From Rhodoferax sp. (GTDB lineage: Bacteria > Pseudomonadota > Gammaproteobacteria > Burkholderiales > Burkholderiaceae_C), in assembly GCA_041910275.1 (NCBI GenBank), contig JAYRRD010000147.1, forward strand, positions 16,493-80,492: DNA of 64,000 nt, in the 5' to 3' direction. The position numbers and the translations under genes were made by a program. Under the pieces are notes generated by a model, which was given only the letters and a program-made list of their open reading frames with translations, was not told the origin of the DNA and ran no database searches. This document shows, one piece after another, positions 15,288 to 24,566 of the stretch. The stretch's first letter is position 1. Each line of letters opens with the position of its first letter.

Positions 15288-15679
15288 GCTGAAAAAGCCG
15301 CGAAAGCACCCGCGCGCCGTGCGGCGGTGCCGCCACCATATCCAGAGCGGGTGGAACCGGCTGTGGCATAGGTGGATTTCTGGGTTCCGGGGACGATGAC
15401 GGCCAGCGCCCTGTCCACATAGGCCGTGCGCCGCAACAGGATTTCACGCAAGCCGCCGACATTCTGGGCTAACTGTTTGATGCGCTGGAGGCGTGCGGGG
15501 GTGGAAGAGCAGGTGCGTCCCATTTCGTTGGCCATCTGGAGAAAATCGACCGCCAGACGCTGAAAACTGGTACTTGCCGATTGAACCAAGGTGGGATCGC
15601 CATCGACCAAGCTGGCGCGAAGTTGAACCAACTCGGACTCCAGGCGGTCGAGTTGATGGTCTAAAACCGTGTGTGTCAT
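15284..15679 (-). CDS. flgN: flagellar export chaperone FlgN
   Basis: About 131 aa, helical, directly downstream of flgM as in canonical flgMN operons. N-terminal LDHQLDRLESELVQLRASL... has FlgN-like character. Start chosen at MTHTVL. Confidence 0.7.
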   Translation of the reverse strand: MTHTVLDHQLDRLESELVQLRASLVDGDPTLVQSASTSFQRLAVDFLQMANEMGRTCSSTPARLQRIKQLAQNVGGLREILLRRTAYVDRALAVIVPGTQKSTYATAGSTRSGYGGGTAARRAGAFAAFSA

Positions 15680-15724
15680 GTCAGGGCCTTTGTGCATAAG
15701 AAAGTTCGCACGCCCAGAGCGGGT

Positions 15725-16063
15725 TTAATTCACACGGCCACTGAGCATTTCCTGTGAGCTGGACAACAAGTTGTCGGCAATTGCTTCTGCATTGATCTTG
15801 TAAGTACCATCCTGGATGGCCGCCTTGACTGCGGCGACCTTTTTGGCATCGACATCCGAAGCAGAATCGCTCCGGGCGGTGCGCTCCAGCCCACGGGTCT
15901 GGGTGGACATGGTGACGGACACCCCTGCGGAACGTGTGCTTTGTGTGGCACTGGTCTTTGCTGTGACAGCGGCATTGGCACCCTGCTGCGCTGTTCTTTG
16001 CGATGCAGAAGTGTTGCTCGAAGCTTGCGAGCTCAAGTTTTCTAACGGTTGACCGATCTTCAT
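15725..16063 (-). CDS. flgM: anti-sigma-28 factor FlgM
   Basis: About 112 aa. Ser/Thr/Ala/Gln-rich disordered N-terminus and conserved C-terminus KVAAVKAAIQDGTYKINAEAIADNLL. Sits between flgA and flgN and is preceded by a sigma-28 promoter. Confidence 0.9.
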   Translation of the reverse strand: MKIGQPLENLSSQASSNTSASQRTAQQGANAAVTAKTSATQSTRSAGVSVTMSTQTRGLERTARSDSASDVDAKKVAAVKAAIQDGTYKINAEAIADNLLSSSQEMLSGRVN

Positions 16064-16107
16064 GGCGTTCTCCAAAACCACAATAAGTGTAGCCTCGTGC
16101 GGAGATT

Positions 16108-16134
16108 ATCGGCCACGCCATGACCGACTTGAGG
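16108..16134 (-). promoter_or_regulatory. sigma-28 (FliA) class-3 promoter for flgMN, located inside the 3' end of flgA
   Basis: The minus strand reads TCAA-N15-GCCGATAA. The -10 element matches the FliA consensus GCCGATAA perfectly, and it lies about 45 nt upstream of the flgM ATG. Confidence 0.75.
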
Positions 16135-16188
16135 GGAATTTCCATCGTATTCTGGCCCAGTATTTGCTTAAATGCATCACCAAAAACC

Positions 16189-16956
16189 CTATAAATCAAT
16201 TTTGACCGTCCTGGCATCCACCACCGTCCCTGATGAAACACGCCCGTTTTCCATCCGCACCCTGGCGATCTGGCCTATGACACCAGCGGACAAGGCCTGT
16301 GCATCGGATGAAATCTGAAAACCGGCCCCCTGGGCAACCACCCGTACCTGCGTACCGGCCTGAAAAACCTGCGCGGGCTTGACCATTCCCTGGCGCAGCG
16401 TCTGTCCGGTGGTCAGCAGCCGTGTGGCCACGTGGCCGATCCAGAGCGATCCATCCCGCAGCACCTGGCTGGATTCTTCCGCCCAATTAACTTCGGCCTC
16501 GATCACATCGTTTGCGGTCAGCACCGCACCCGAGGCCACCTGGTTCTTGATGACCCAGGCCTTGCCGTAGGCGTTCACGGTCACTGGCAAGGACACGTTC
16601 CAGCGGCTCATGCCATCCATACAGCGCAGACCCACCCTGGTACGGCCCCACAAGCGCGCACCCGGTGGCAAGTAGGGCTCGACGTTTCCGCAGGGCGCCA
16701 ATTTCAGGCGGCTGTCAAGATTGCCAACCTGCACTTCCATGCGCAAAGGCGCTGCACCCGATGTGCTGGATGACGTGGCCGAGGCAACGGCATCGCGCAG
16801 CCAACGCTGTGTCAAGTCCTGGAAATCCGGTGCCGACGGCTCCTGCGCCCAGGCCATACCGCACATACCGAACATAACGCACACAAAAATCGCGCCAACC
16901 CCTAAGCCCACTGCACGCAGCAGGACAAACAGAGATTGGCGACCAAGAGACAACAT
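16189..16956 (-). CDS. flgA: flagellar basal-body P-ring formation chaperone FlgA
   Basis: The C-terminal VKPAQVFQAGTQVRVVAQGAGFQISSDAQALSAGVIGQIARVRMENGRVSSGTVVDARTVKI is typical of FlgA. The gene is divergent from flgB. Start chosen at MLSLGRQ, followed by a TM/signal segment. Confidence 0.9.
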   Translation of the reverse strand: MLSLGRQSLFVLLRAVGLGVGAIFVCVMFGMCGMAWAQEPSAPDFQDLTQRWLRDAVASATSSSTSGAAPLRMEVQVGNLDSRLKLAPCGNVEPYLPPGARLWGRTRVGLRCMDGMSRWNVSLPVTVNAYGKAWVIKNQVASGAVLTANDVIEAEVNWAEESSQVLRDGSLWIGHVATRLLTTGQTLRQGMVKPAQVFQAGTQVRVVAQGAGFQISSDAQALSAGVIGQIARVRMENGRVSSGTVVDARTVKIDL

Positions 16957-17126
16957 GAAAAACGCTCCCAAGACTTTCGACGTGCTAACTATACAAAAAC
17001 GATCAAGGAGCAAAGGCGGAAAGTGCGCCGGATTTACCCTGGTATTCCAGGGCTTTCGTCGCTAAAGGTTTTCCCATAATTGCCACCATGTCCATCCAGA
17101 AACACAATGAAGCGACGAGGTGATGC

Positions 17127-17567
17127 ATGCTTGCCAATATAGTCAAGACACTGGACTTCCAGTCAAAGGGCCTCGTGCTGCGTGCCGAGCGGCAGCGGAT
17201 CATTGCCAGCAATATCGCCAACGTGGATACGCCGGGATATGCCGGTCGGGACTTCGACTTCAAGCAAGCCATGCTCGACGCCACGGAAGACTCCACACCC
17301 TCCGTCACGCTCGGAGCCCCGTTCGGTGTCAACCCGGACGGCACCAGCCACCCGCAGCATATTCCCTTGCAGCCCAGCAGCCTCAGTTTTGGTGGGGACA
17401 AAAAACTGGGCTATACCCCGCAAACACAGCCGGCAATGGACAACAACAGCGTGGACCTGGACCGTGAGCGTGCCAATTTTGTGGACAACTCGGTCCGCTA
17501 TGAAGCGACCCTGCGCTTTATTAACGGCTCGTCCAAAACGCTCTTGAGCGCAATCCAGGGGCAATAA
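17127..17567 (+). CDS. flgB: flagellar basal-body rod protein FlgB
   Basis: Motifs RQRIIASNIANVDTPGY and C-terminal VDLDRERANFVDNSVRYEA; first gene of the rod operon. Confidence 0.95.
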   Translation: MLANIVKTLDFQSKGLVLRAERQRIIASNIANVDTPGYAGRDFDFKQAMLDATEDSTPSVTLGAPFGVNPDGTSHPQHIPLQPSSLSFGGDKKLGYTPQTQPAMDNNSVDLDRERANFVDNSVRYEATLRFINGSSKTLLSAIQGQ

Positions 17568-17597
17568 GGCGCAATAAGGCTTTGATAAGGCTTCACC

Positions 17598-18002
17598 ATG
17601 TCGATGTTTTCCATTTTCAATGTTTCTGGCAGCGCCATCAGCGCGCAATCGCAGCGCCTGAACGTGGTGGCCAGTAACCTCGCCAATGCCGATGCCGTCG
17701 CCGGGCCGGATGGGAAGGGCTATAAAAGCCGCCAGGTGGTGTTCGAAACTGCGCCTATGGACTCGGATGCATCCGCCGGGGTGCGGGTCAAATCCATCCG
17801 CGAAAGCGAGGAGCCCATGCACCGGGTATACAACCCGATGCACCCGTCTGCCGATACCGATGGCTATGTGAACCAGTCCAACGTCAACCCGGTGGAAGAG
17901 ATGGTCAACATGATTTCCGCCTCGCGCTCTTACCAGAACAACGTCGAAGTCATGAACACGGCCAAGACACTGCTGCTCAAAACCCTGCAAATGGGGCAAT
18001 AA
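17598..18002 (+). CDS. flgC: flagellar basal-body rod protein FlgC
   Basis: MSMFSIFNVSGSAISAQSQRLNVVASNLANA... and C-terminal VNPVEEMVNMISASRSYQNNVEV. Confidence 0.95.
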   Translation: MSMFSIFNVSGSAISAQSQRLNVVASNLANADAVAGPDGKGYKSRQVVFETAPMDSDASAGVRVKSIRESEEPMHRVYNPMHPSADTDGYVNQSNVNPVEEMVNMISASRSYQNNVEVMNTAKTLLLKTLQMGQ

Positions 18003-18030
18003 ACCTGGATAACAAAGAAGGACAAGCATC

Positions 18031-18699
18031 ATGGCCACGAACGTAAGCAACACATCCTCCGTCAGCACAAACACAGGGCTTTCAACGGCCACATCCCGAC
18101 CGGGGCAGATCAGCGCGCAAGAGCAATCGGATCGGTTCATGAAACTGCTGGTCGCGCAACTGAAAAACCAGGACCCCATGAACCCCATGGACAACGCCCA
18201 GATGACCAGCCAGATGGCGCAAATCAACACAGTCTCCGGTATCCAGAATTTGAACGAAACGGTGCAATCCCTGGCCGGTCAGTTCAGCGCGATGCAGGCG
18301 CTGCAAGGCACGTCCCTGATTGGCCATGATGTACTGACCACCGGCAACAGCATGAAGCTCGATGCCGCGACCAAAACAGCCAAGGCCGCCTTCAATCTCT
18401 CTGGCAAAGCCGATGCGGTATCGGTTCAAGTCCTCTCCCCCGGCGGGCAGTTGCTCGACACCCTCAGCCTGGGAGCGATGGACGAGGGGCAACACGAATT
18501 CCAGTGGGATGCATCCAAATACACCGGCTCCGGCAGCCCCACCTTCAAGGTCAGCGCCACTGCGGGAGACAAGGCTGTTGCGGCGACGGCACTGTCCCGT
18601 GACACCATTTCTTCCGTGGGCAATACCAGCACGGGAATGACGGTTCAGCTCAAGGGTGGGGCCAACATCGCCTACAACGCCATCCAATCCATTTTGTAA
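18031..18699 (+). CDS. flgD: flagellar hook assembly (capping) protein FlgD
   Basis: Conserved FMKLLVAQLKNQDPMNPMDN motif; position between flgC and flgE. Confidence 0.95.
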   Translation: MATNVSNTSSVSTNTGLSTATSRPGQISAQEQSDRFMKLLVAQLKNQDPMNPMDNAQMTSQMAQINTVSGIQNLNETVQSLAGQFSAMQALQGTSLIGHDVLTTGNSMKLDAATKTAKAAFNLSGKADAVSVQVLSPGGQLLDTLSLGAMDEGQHEFQWDASKYTGSGSPTFKVSATAGDKAVAATALSRDTISSVGNTSTGMTVQLKGGANIAYNAIQSIL

Positions 18700-18727
18700 T
18701 TTTGTAGTAATAACAGGAGAACCCACC

Positions 18728-20080
18728 ATGAGTTTCCAGACCGGACTATCAGGACTGAACGCCGCCAGCAAGAACCTGGACGTGATCGGCCACAACATCG
18801 CCAACGCCAATACCACGGGCATGAAGGCATCGCGCGCCGAGTTTGGCGAGTTGATAGCCTCCAGCATGGGGTCCGCCAGTGGACATAGCCCAGGCATCGG
18901 CGTGCAAGTCGCAGCCGTAGCCCAGCAATTTACCCAGGGAAGCATCAGCACCACGGGCAATCCCCTGGATGCAGCCATCAACGGTGCAGGATTTTTCCAG
19001 GTCACGCAGACCGATGGCTCCCCCGCTTACACCCGCGATGGCGCGTTCAAACTTGACAAGGACGGGTACCTTAAAACCAACAATGGCGCCAACGTCATGG
19101 GGTATCCCACCAACGCGGAAGGGGTGGCCACGGGCAGGACGCTGGATAAATTGCAAGTGCCAACAGCAGCACCCATCCCTGCCAGCCAGACAGCTGCGGT
19201 CAAGGCACGCTTTAATCTGGATGCACGCGCCAAACTCGCAGCGACCGTTCCGGTGACGCCACGCTCCACCTATGGCACCTCGATCAACGTGTACGACACG
19301 CAGGGCGTGGCATCGCCGGTGCAAATGTATTTTCAAAAATCGGACAACAACAAATGGGACGTCTACCTCGGGCTGGACGAGCCTAACGCCACCCCCCCGG
19401 TCGCATTCACCTCGGTGGGAACGATTGAGTTTGATACTTCTGGAAAAATTATCGCCCCAGCCGCCAAACTCTGGTACGACGCGAATGGCAAGCCCGTGCC
19501 AGACGGCGATCCAGCGGCGGTGAACTCGAAAGACATCATGGGTCTTAGCCTGCCGGTAGGAAGCATACCGTCCAAGAATCCGAATGAGCCCACCGGCTTT
19601 CTAACCCAGATCGTGACGGTCAATCTAGGTGAGTTCATGCCCAATGGCACTACGCTCAAGGACAGCATCACCCAGTTTGGTTCTGCTTTTGCCGTTTCCG
19701 ACCTGACGCAAGACGGTTATTCCGCAGGCGATCTCACGGGGATGGCGATCAGCGATGCAGGACTCATCACGGCGCGTTACTCCAATGGCCAGACCAAGTA
19801 CACCGGCCAAATTGCCCTGGCTGATTTTCGCAACACGCAAGGCCTGATGCCCGTAGGCGGCAACGCCTGGGCGGCCACTTTTGAGTCGGGAACTCCCGTG
19901 CAGGGAATGCCAGGCGTCGGCAAGTTTGGCATGCTGCGTGCGGGCGCGCTGGAAGACTCCAATGTCGATCTGACGGCGGAACTGGTCAATATGATGACCG
20001 CGCAACGCAGTTACCAGGCCAACGCCCAGACCATCAAGACCCAGGATCAGGTGATCCAGACCGTGGTCAATCTGCGCTAG
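18728..20080 (+). CDS. flgE: flagellar hook protein FlgE
   Basis: MSFQTGLSGLNAASKNLDVIGHNIANANTTG N-terminus and C-terminal LTAELVNMMTAQRSYQANAQTIKTQDQ. Start set at the conserved MSFQ (ATG at 18728). Confidence 0.95.
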   Translation: MSFQTGLSGLNAASKNLDVIGHNIANANTTGMKASRAEFGELIASSMGSASGHSPGIGVQVAAVAQQFTQGSISTTGNPLDAAINGAGFFQVTQTDGSPAYTRDGAFKLDKDGYLKTNNGANVMGYPTNAEGVATGRTLDKLQVPTAAPIPASQTAAVKARFNLDARAKLAATVPVTPRSTYGTSINVYDTQGVASPVQMYFQKSDNNKWDVYLGLDEPNATPPVAFTSVGTIEFDTSGKIIAPAAKLWYDANGKPVPDGDPAAVNSKDIMGLSLPVGSIPSKNPNEPTGFLTQIVTVNLGEFMPNGTTLKDSITQFGSAFAVSDLTQDGYSAGDLTGMAISDAGLITARYSNGQTKYTGQIALADFRNTQGLMPVGGNAWAATFESGTPVQGMPGVGKFGMLRAGALEDSNVDLTAELVNMMTAQRSYQANAQTIKTQDQVIQTVVNLR

Positions 20081-20119
20081 CCTTGATTTTTGACTGACAC
20101 CATTTGGAGCTGACACACC

Positions 20120-20860
20120 ATGGACCGCATGATTTACACCGCCATGACGGGGGCCAACGCCGTAGTCAACCGACAGGCGGCGCTTTCCAACAATCTGGCC
20201 AATGCGTCAACCACCGGCTTTCGGGCAGAATTGTCCACTTACCGTTCCGTTCCCCTAAAGGGCGAGGGTGCCAGCACCCGGGTTTTTGCCGTGGATGCTA
20301 CGGCGGACTATCTGCACAAACCGGGTTCAGGCCAGCATACGGATCGCGATCTGGATGCCATGGCCGTTGGTGACGGCTGGTTTGGTATCCAGGCACTGGA
20401 TGGTACCGAGGCTTATACCCGCAACGGCCATATGGAGGTGAAAACCGACGGGACGCTGGCTTCCGGGGATGGGTTGCCCCTCCTTTCCGACACCGGCACA
20501 CCCATCATTATTCCCGAAGGAGCAGCGGTTACGCTCGCACCGGATCGTTCGGTCATTGCCAAGGTCGGCCAACAACCTGCCCAAACGATTGCTCGCCTCA
20601 AGATGGTGACACCCAATGCGGACAATCCTCTCAAGCGCGCAACCGATGGACTATTCCGAGCAGGTTCTGGTGATTCGCTGCCCAATGACGAGCAGGCCCG
20701 CTTGCAGCCGGGCGTACTCGAAGGCTCTAACGTTAACTCGGTCGAAGCCATGGTCGGGATGATTCAGACCGCACGCCAGTTTGAAACCCAGATGCGACTG
20801 CTCCAAACCGCAGAATCCAACGACCGCACAGCCGGTCAGTTACTGAACTTGCAAGGTTAA
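20120..20860 (+). CDS. flgF: flagellar basal-body rod protein FlgF
   Basis: MDRMIYTAMTGA...LSNNLANASTTGFR and C-terminal LEGSNVNSVEAMVGMIQTARQFE. Confidence 0.95.
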   Translation: MDRMIYTAMTGANAVVNRQAALSNNLANASTTGFRAELSTYRSVPLKGEGASTRVFAVDATADYLHKPGSGQHTDRDLDAMAVGDGWFGIQALDGTEAYTRNGHMEVKTDGTLASGDGLPLLSDTGTPIIIPEGAAVTLAPDRSVIAKVGQQPAQTIARLKMVTPNADNPLKRATDGLFRAGSGDSLPNDEQARLQPGVLEGSNVNSVEAMVGMIQTARQFETQMRLLQTAESNDRTAGQLLNLQG

Positions 20861-20899
20861 ACACAGGTATGCAGCGCTACTTCATTACAAGAGGACATC

Positions 20900-21682
20900 A
20901 TGATTAATTCACTCTGGATATCCCAAACCGGAATGGAAGCCCAACAGTTGCAGTTGGATGTCATTGCCAACAATCTGGCAAATATGTCAACCAACGGCTT
21001 CAAAAAATCACACGCGGTTTTTCAGGAGCTGATGTATGTGAACTTGCGTCAGGTCGGCTCCGCCTCGTCCGAGCAAAACATATTACCAATCGGATTGCAG
21101 ATTGGTCTTGGTGTCCGTTCCGTAGGGACGAGCCGCCACTTCACGTCGGGCACGATGCAACAAACCAACAATCAATTCGATGTTGCCATTGAGGGGCATG
21201 GATTTTTTCAAGTCACAATGCCCGACGGCACCATTGGTTACACACGGGATGGCGCTTTTCATGTCGATAACCAGGGGCGGATGGTTACCGCCGGAGGCCT
21301 GCCGGTTATTGGCGGCATCACGGTGCCCAGCAACGCTACTACGGTTTCCATTGCACCCGACGGCACCGTCACGGCAAAGATCCCAGGAACAGTTGATCCA
21401 CAACAGATCGGAACGATCACGCTGGTTAATTTCATTAACCCGGCGGGTCTGGAACCCAGAGGCGACAATATTTACACGGAGACGACGGCTTCGGGGCAAC
21501 CGAACGCTGGTGCCGCTGGCACCAATGGACTGGGAACTCTGAGGCAGGGTTTTGTTGAAGCTTCGAACGTCAATGCCGTGCAGGAATTGGTAACCATGAT
21601 CCAGACCCAGCGCGCCTATGAGCTGAATTCCAAAGCCATTCAGACCGCAGACCAGATGCTGCAAAAACTCGGTCAACTGTGA
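20900..21682 (+). CDS. flgG: flagellar distal rod protein FlgG
   Basis: MINSLWISQTGMEAQQLQLDVIANNLANMSTNGFK and C-terminal VEASNVNAVQELVTMIQTQRAYELNSK. Confidence 0.97.
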   Translation: MINSLWISQTGMEAQQLQLDVIANNLANMSTNGFKKSHAVFQELMYVNLRQVGSASSEQNILPIGLQIGLGVRSVGTSRHFTSGTMQQTNNQFDVAIEGHGFFQVTMPDGTIGYTRDGAFHVDNQGRMVTAGGLPVIGGITVPSNATTVSIAPDGTVTAKIPGTVDPQQIGTITLVNFINPAGLEPRGDNIYTETTASGQPNAGAAGTNGLGTLRQGFVEASNVNAVQELVTMIQTQRAYELNSKAIQTADQMLQKLGQL

Positions 21683-22416
21683 TGCTTGTGAGGCGTGCTA
21701 TGAAAAATATATCTGCTCCCGCTCTATCCATAAGGGCTACAGGCTTTTTTTCATTGCTTTCGGTCGGCTTTTGCGCTTTGACGGCCTGCCAGCAGTTGCC
21801 GCAAAAGGCAACGGTTGATTTTGCCGAACCCAAAGTCAGTCCAGTACCATTGCAAACGGGGCCTATTGTCAGGCCGACTTCGGGCAGCCTGTTTCAGACG
21901 GCGAGCTACCGCCCTGCTTTTGAAGATCGACGGGCGCGCATGGTGGGCGACACCGTGACGATTCTGATACAGGAAAATATTTCGGCTAGCCAGACATCAA
22001 CCTCCACGCTGAATCGCGCGTCCGACAATTCTGCAACGATTAAACCGCCATTGCCGAATGTCTTGGGTGATCTGTCGAATTTGAATATGACAACCGACAG
22101 CAAGAATAACTTTTCCGGAAAAGGGCTGACTTCCAGCATCAATACCTTTACCGGCTCCATCACGGCCACTGTCACTGAGGTATTGCCCAATGGCCATCTG
22201 GTCGTGACCGGCGAAAAGCAGATCGGAGTCAACCAGAATGTGGACGTGTTGCGTTTCTCTGGCACCGTAGACCCCCGGTTGGTGCAGCCGGGTAGCATTA
22301 TCAGATCAACCCAGGTGGCCAACGTGCGGGTGGAGTCACGAGGACGCGGTGCGCAGGGCGAAGCGCAAACAGTTGGCTGGCTTTCCCGGTTCTTTTTAAG
22401 TTTTAACCCTTTCTAA
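21679..22416 (+). CDS. flgH: flagellar L-ring lipoprotein FlgH
   Basis: Lipobox ALTAC. Conserved SLFQ......FEDRRARMVGDTVTILIQEN and ...VLPNGHLVVTGEKQIGVN... Alternative starts at 21682 and 21700. Confidence 0.95.
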   Translation: MMLVRRAMKNISAPALSIRATGFFSLLSVGFCALTACQQLPQKATVDFAEPKVSPVPLQTGPIVRPTSGSLFQTASYRPAFEDRRARMVGDTVTILIQENISASQTSTSTLNRASDNSATIKPPLPNVLGDLSNLNMTTDSKNNFSGKGLTSSINTFTGSITATVTEVLPNGHLVVTGEKQIGVNQNVDVLRFSGTVDPRLVQPGSIIRSTQVANVRVESRGRGAQGEAQTVGWLSRFFLSFNPF

Positions 22417-22482
22417 AGTTCTCCAGAATAGTGCCGAGGGGTAACCGATCCACCCGGATCGACCCGATGATCAACTCAGCAC

Positions 22483-23628
22483 ATGATTACCTGGATCAAC
22501 CGCGCAAAATGCACCAGTCTGCAACAGCTCGGCCACCTGTGCGTGGCACTGTGCTTGCTGGCCTCTGGAACCCCGTCCCATGCCCTGCGTATCAAGGAAG
22601 TGGCCAGCATTGAAGGGGTACGCAGCAACCAATTGACGGGCTTTGGCATCGTGGTCGGACTCGATGGCACCGGCGACCAATCGACGCAAATGCCCTATAC
22701 GGCCCAGGGGATGGCCAACTACATGCAGCAGCTTGGTATCACGTTACCGGCAGCTTCGCTGGCCCAGTTGCAGATGAAGAACGTGGCCGCCGTCCTGGTA
22801 ACCGCGCAGCTGCCAGCGTTCGCCCGTCCCGGCCAACTGATTGATGTGAATGTCTCTTCCGCAGGCAATGCCAAATCAATCAAAGGCGGCACCCTGATCG
22901 CTGCGCCGCTCAAAGGCGCCGATGGCGAGGTGTACGCGCTGGCGCAAGGCAATGTGATTGTGGCCGGTGCAGGCGCCGCAGCCGGTGGTAGCAAAGTAAC
23001 CGTCAACCACCTCAGCGTAGGGCGTATTCCAGATGGTGCACAGGTTGAGCGTGCCGTGCCTACCTCCTTGCAGGATACCCCCCACATTCACCTTAGCCTC
23101 AACGCAACGGACTTTCAGACCGCACGCAAAGTGGCGGCTGCCGTGAATGCCCGATTTGGCGAGGGTATGGCACAAGCTCTCGATGGCCGCACGGTTCAGG
23201 TCAAGGCGCCCATGACCGCCAATGAACGTATCAGTTTCTTGGCCGAAATGGAGGAATTACCTGTGGCCAGCTCAATTGCGGCAGCCAAGGTCATTATTAA
23301 CGCCCGTACTGGATCGATTGTGCTCAACCAGGCCGTAACGTTGGGCGAATGTGCGGTTGCGCACGGCAATTTGTCCATCAGCATCTCATCTACTCCAATT
23401 ATCAGCCAGCCCAACCCACTGTCGAATGGGGTAACTGTGGTTACAGAAAAAGCCGAAATCAATATCAAGCAAGATCCGGGTCAATTACTTCTTCTGCCCG
23501 CCGCCGCCCAGCTGACCGACGTGGTCAAAGCCCTGAACGCGCTGGGCGCCACACCAGGGGATTTGCTGGCCATTTTGCAGGCTATCAAGTCTGCGGGCGC
23601 ATTGAACGCCGAGCTGGAGGTTATCTGA
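22483..23628 (+). CDS. flgI: flagellar P-ring protein FlgI
   Basis: RIKEVASIEGVRSNQLTGFGIVVGLDGTGD and C-terminal LVKALNALGATPGDLLAILQAIKSAGAL. Confidence 0.97.
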   Translation: MITWINRAKCTSLQQLGHLCVALCLLASGTPSHALRIKEVASIEGVRSNQLTGFGIVVGLDGTGDQSTQMPYTAQGMANYMQQLGITLPAASLAQLQMKNVAAVLVTAQLPAFARPGQLIDVNVSSAGNAKSIKGGTLIAAPLKGADGEVYALAQGNVIVAGAGAAAGGSKVTVNHLSVGRIPDGAQVERAVPTSLQDTPHIHLSLNATDFQTARKVAAAVNARFGEGMAQALDGRTVQVKAPMTANERISFLAEMEELPVASSIAAAKVIINARTGSIVLNQAVTLGECAVAHGNLSISISSTPIISQPNPLSNGVTVVTEKAEINIKQDPGQLLLLPAAAQLTDVVKALNALGATPGDLLAILQAIKSAGALNAELEVI

Positions 23629-23629
23629 C

Positions 23630-24547
23630 ATGAGCTACGCATCACCCATCTCCAACACCCTCTCCAACCGACAAGGGCTGGCGGCCGATGCCAAATCCCT
23701 GGGCGCGCTCAAAATGGAAGCGGGCAAGAGCAGCCCGGAAGCCATCAAGGAAACAGCCAAACAGTTTGAATCCCTGTTCATGCGCGAGCTGATGAAGAGC
23801 ATGCGCGAGGCGACCATGAAATCCGGCATGCTCGACAGTCCGGGCGAAAACCTGGGTACGGATTTGCTGGACCAGCAGTTTGCCGTACAGATGTCGGGTC
23901 AGCCCGGTGGACTCTCCGACCTCATTGCACAGCAGCTGACCCGACAAATGGGCGGCAATCCTGCCGATGCAACGTCCACCAAGGGTACGCAAGGAATTGG
24001 CATGGGTAGCACGGGCAAACCGGACAAACTGGAGTCCACGCTACCGGCAGCCGGAATCAAGGGCGTTCGACCACCCACCGAGGGGCAGGCGAAGTTTGTG
24101 CAGAAACACGCGCAAATCGCCAATGAAATTGAAAAAAATACCGGCATTCCCGCCAGCTACATGCTGGGACAGGCGGGGCACGAAACCGGCTGGGGCAAGT
24201 TCGAAATCAAGCAAAAAGGGGGTGCACCCGCGCATAACCTCTTTGGCATCAAAGCCGGGGCCAACTGGACGGGCAAAGTGGCCGAGGTCACCACCACCGA
24301 ATTCATCAATGGCGCGCCACAGCGGCGGGTGGCACGCTTTCGCGCCTATGACTCCTACGCCGATGGCTTCAAGGACTATGCCCGCCTGATCTCCGAAAGC
24401 CCCCGCTACGCCAAGGCGCGTGAGCAACTCAGCTCGCCCCAGGCGTTTGCCAGTGGCTTGCAAAAGGCCGGTTATGCCACCGACCCGGAATACGCGGCCA
24501 AACTGGCCCGTGCCATCAACACCGCCATCCGGGCGGCCGATGCCTGA
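23630..24547 (+). CDS. flgJ: flagellar rod assembly protein/muramidase FlgJ
   Basis: N-terminal rod-binding motif AKQFESLFMRELMKSMR; C-terminal glucosaminidase-like GHETGWGK...NLFGIKAG... Confidence 0.93.
   Translation: MSYASPISNTLSNRQGLAADAKSLGALKMEAGKSSPEAIKETAKQFESLFMRELMKSMREATMKSGMLDSPGENLGTDLLDQQFAVQMSGQPGGLSDLIAQQLTRQMGGNPADATSTKGTQGIGMGSTGKPDKLESTLPAAGIKGVRPPTEGQAKFVQKHAQIANEIEKNTGIPASYMLGQAGHETGWGKFEIKQKGGAPAHNLFGIKAGANWTGKVAEVTTTEFINGAPQRRVARFRAYDSYADGFKDYARLISESPRYAKAREQLSSPQAFASGLQKAGYATDPEYAAKLARAINTAIRAADA
24516..24543 (+). promoter_or_regulatory. possible weak sigma-28 promoter for flgKL inside the 3' end of flgJ
   Basis: TCAA-N16-GCCGATGC: 6/8 match to GCCGATAA with non-optimal spacing. 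Its position is analogous to the known internal flgK class-3 promoters of enterics. Confidence 0.3.
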
Positions 24548-24566
24548 GATGGTTTAGGGGAACAGC

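Noticed and set aside
17063-17089. Possible sigma-28 promoter (TAAA-N15-GCCACCAT) upstream of flgB.
   Set aside because: Only about 4 of 8 positions in the -10 element match GCCGATAA. The flgB operon is normally class 2, so this is probably a chance match.
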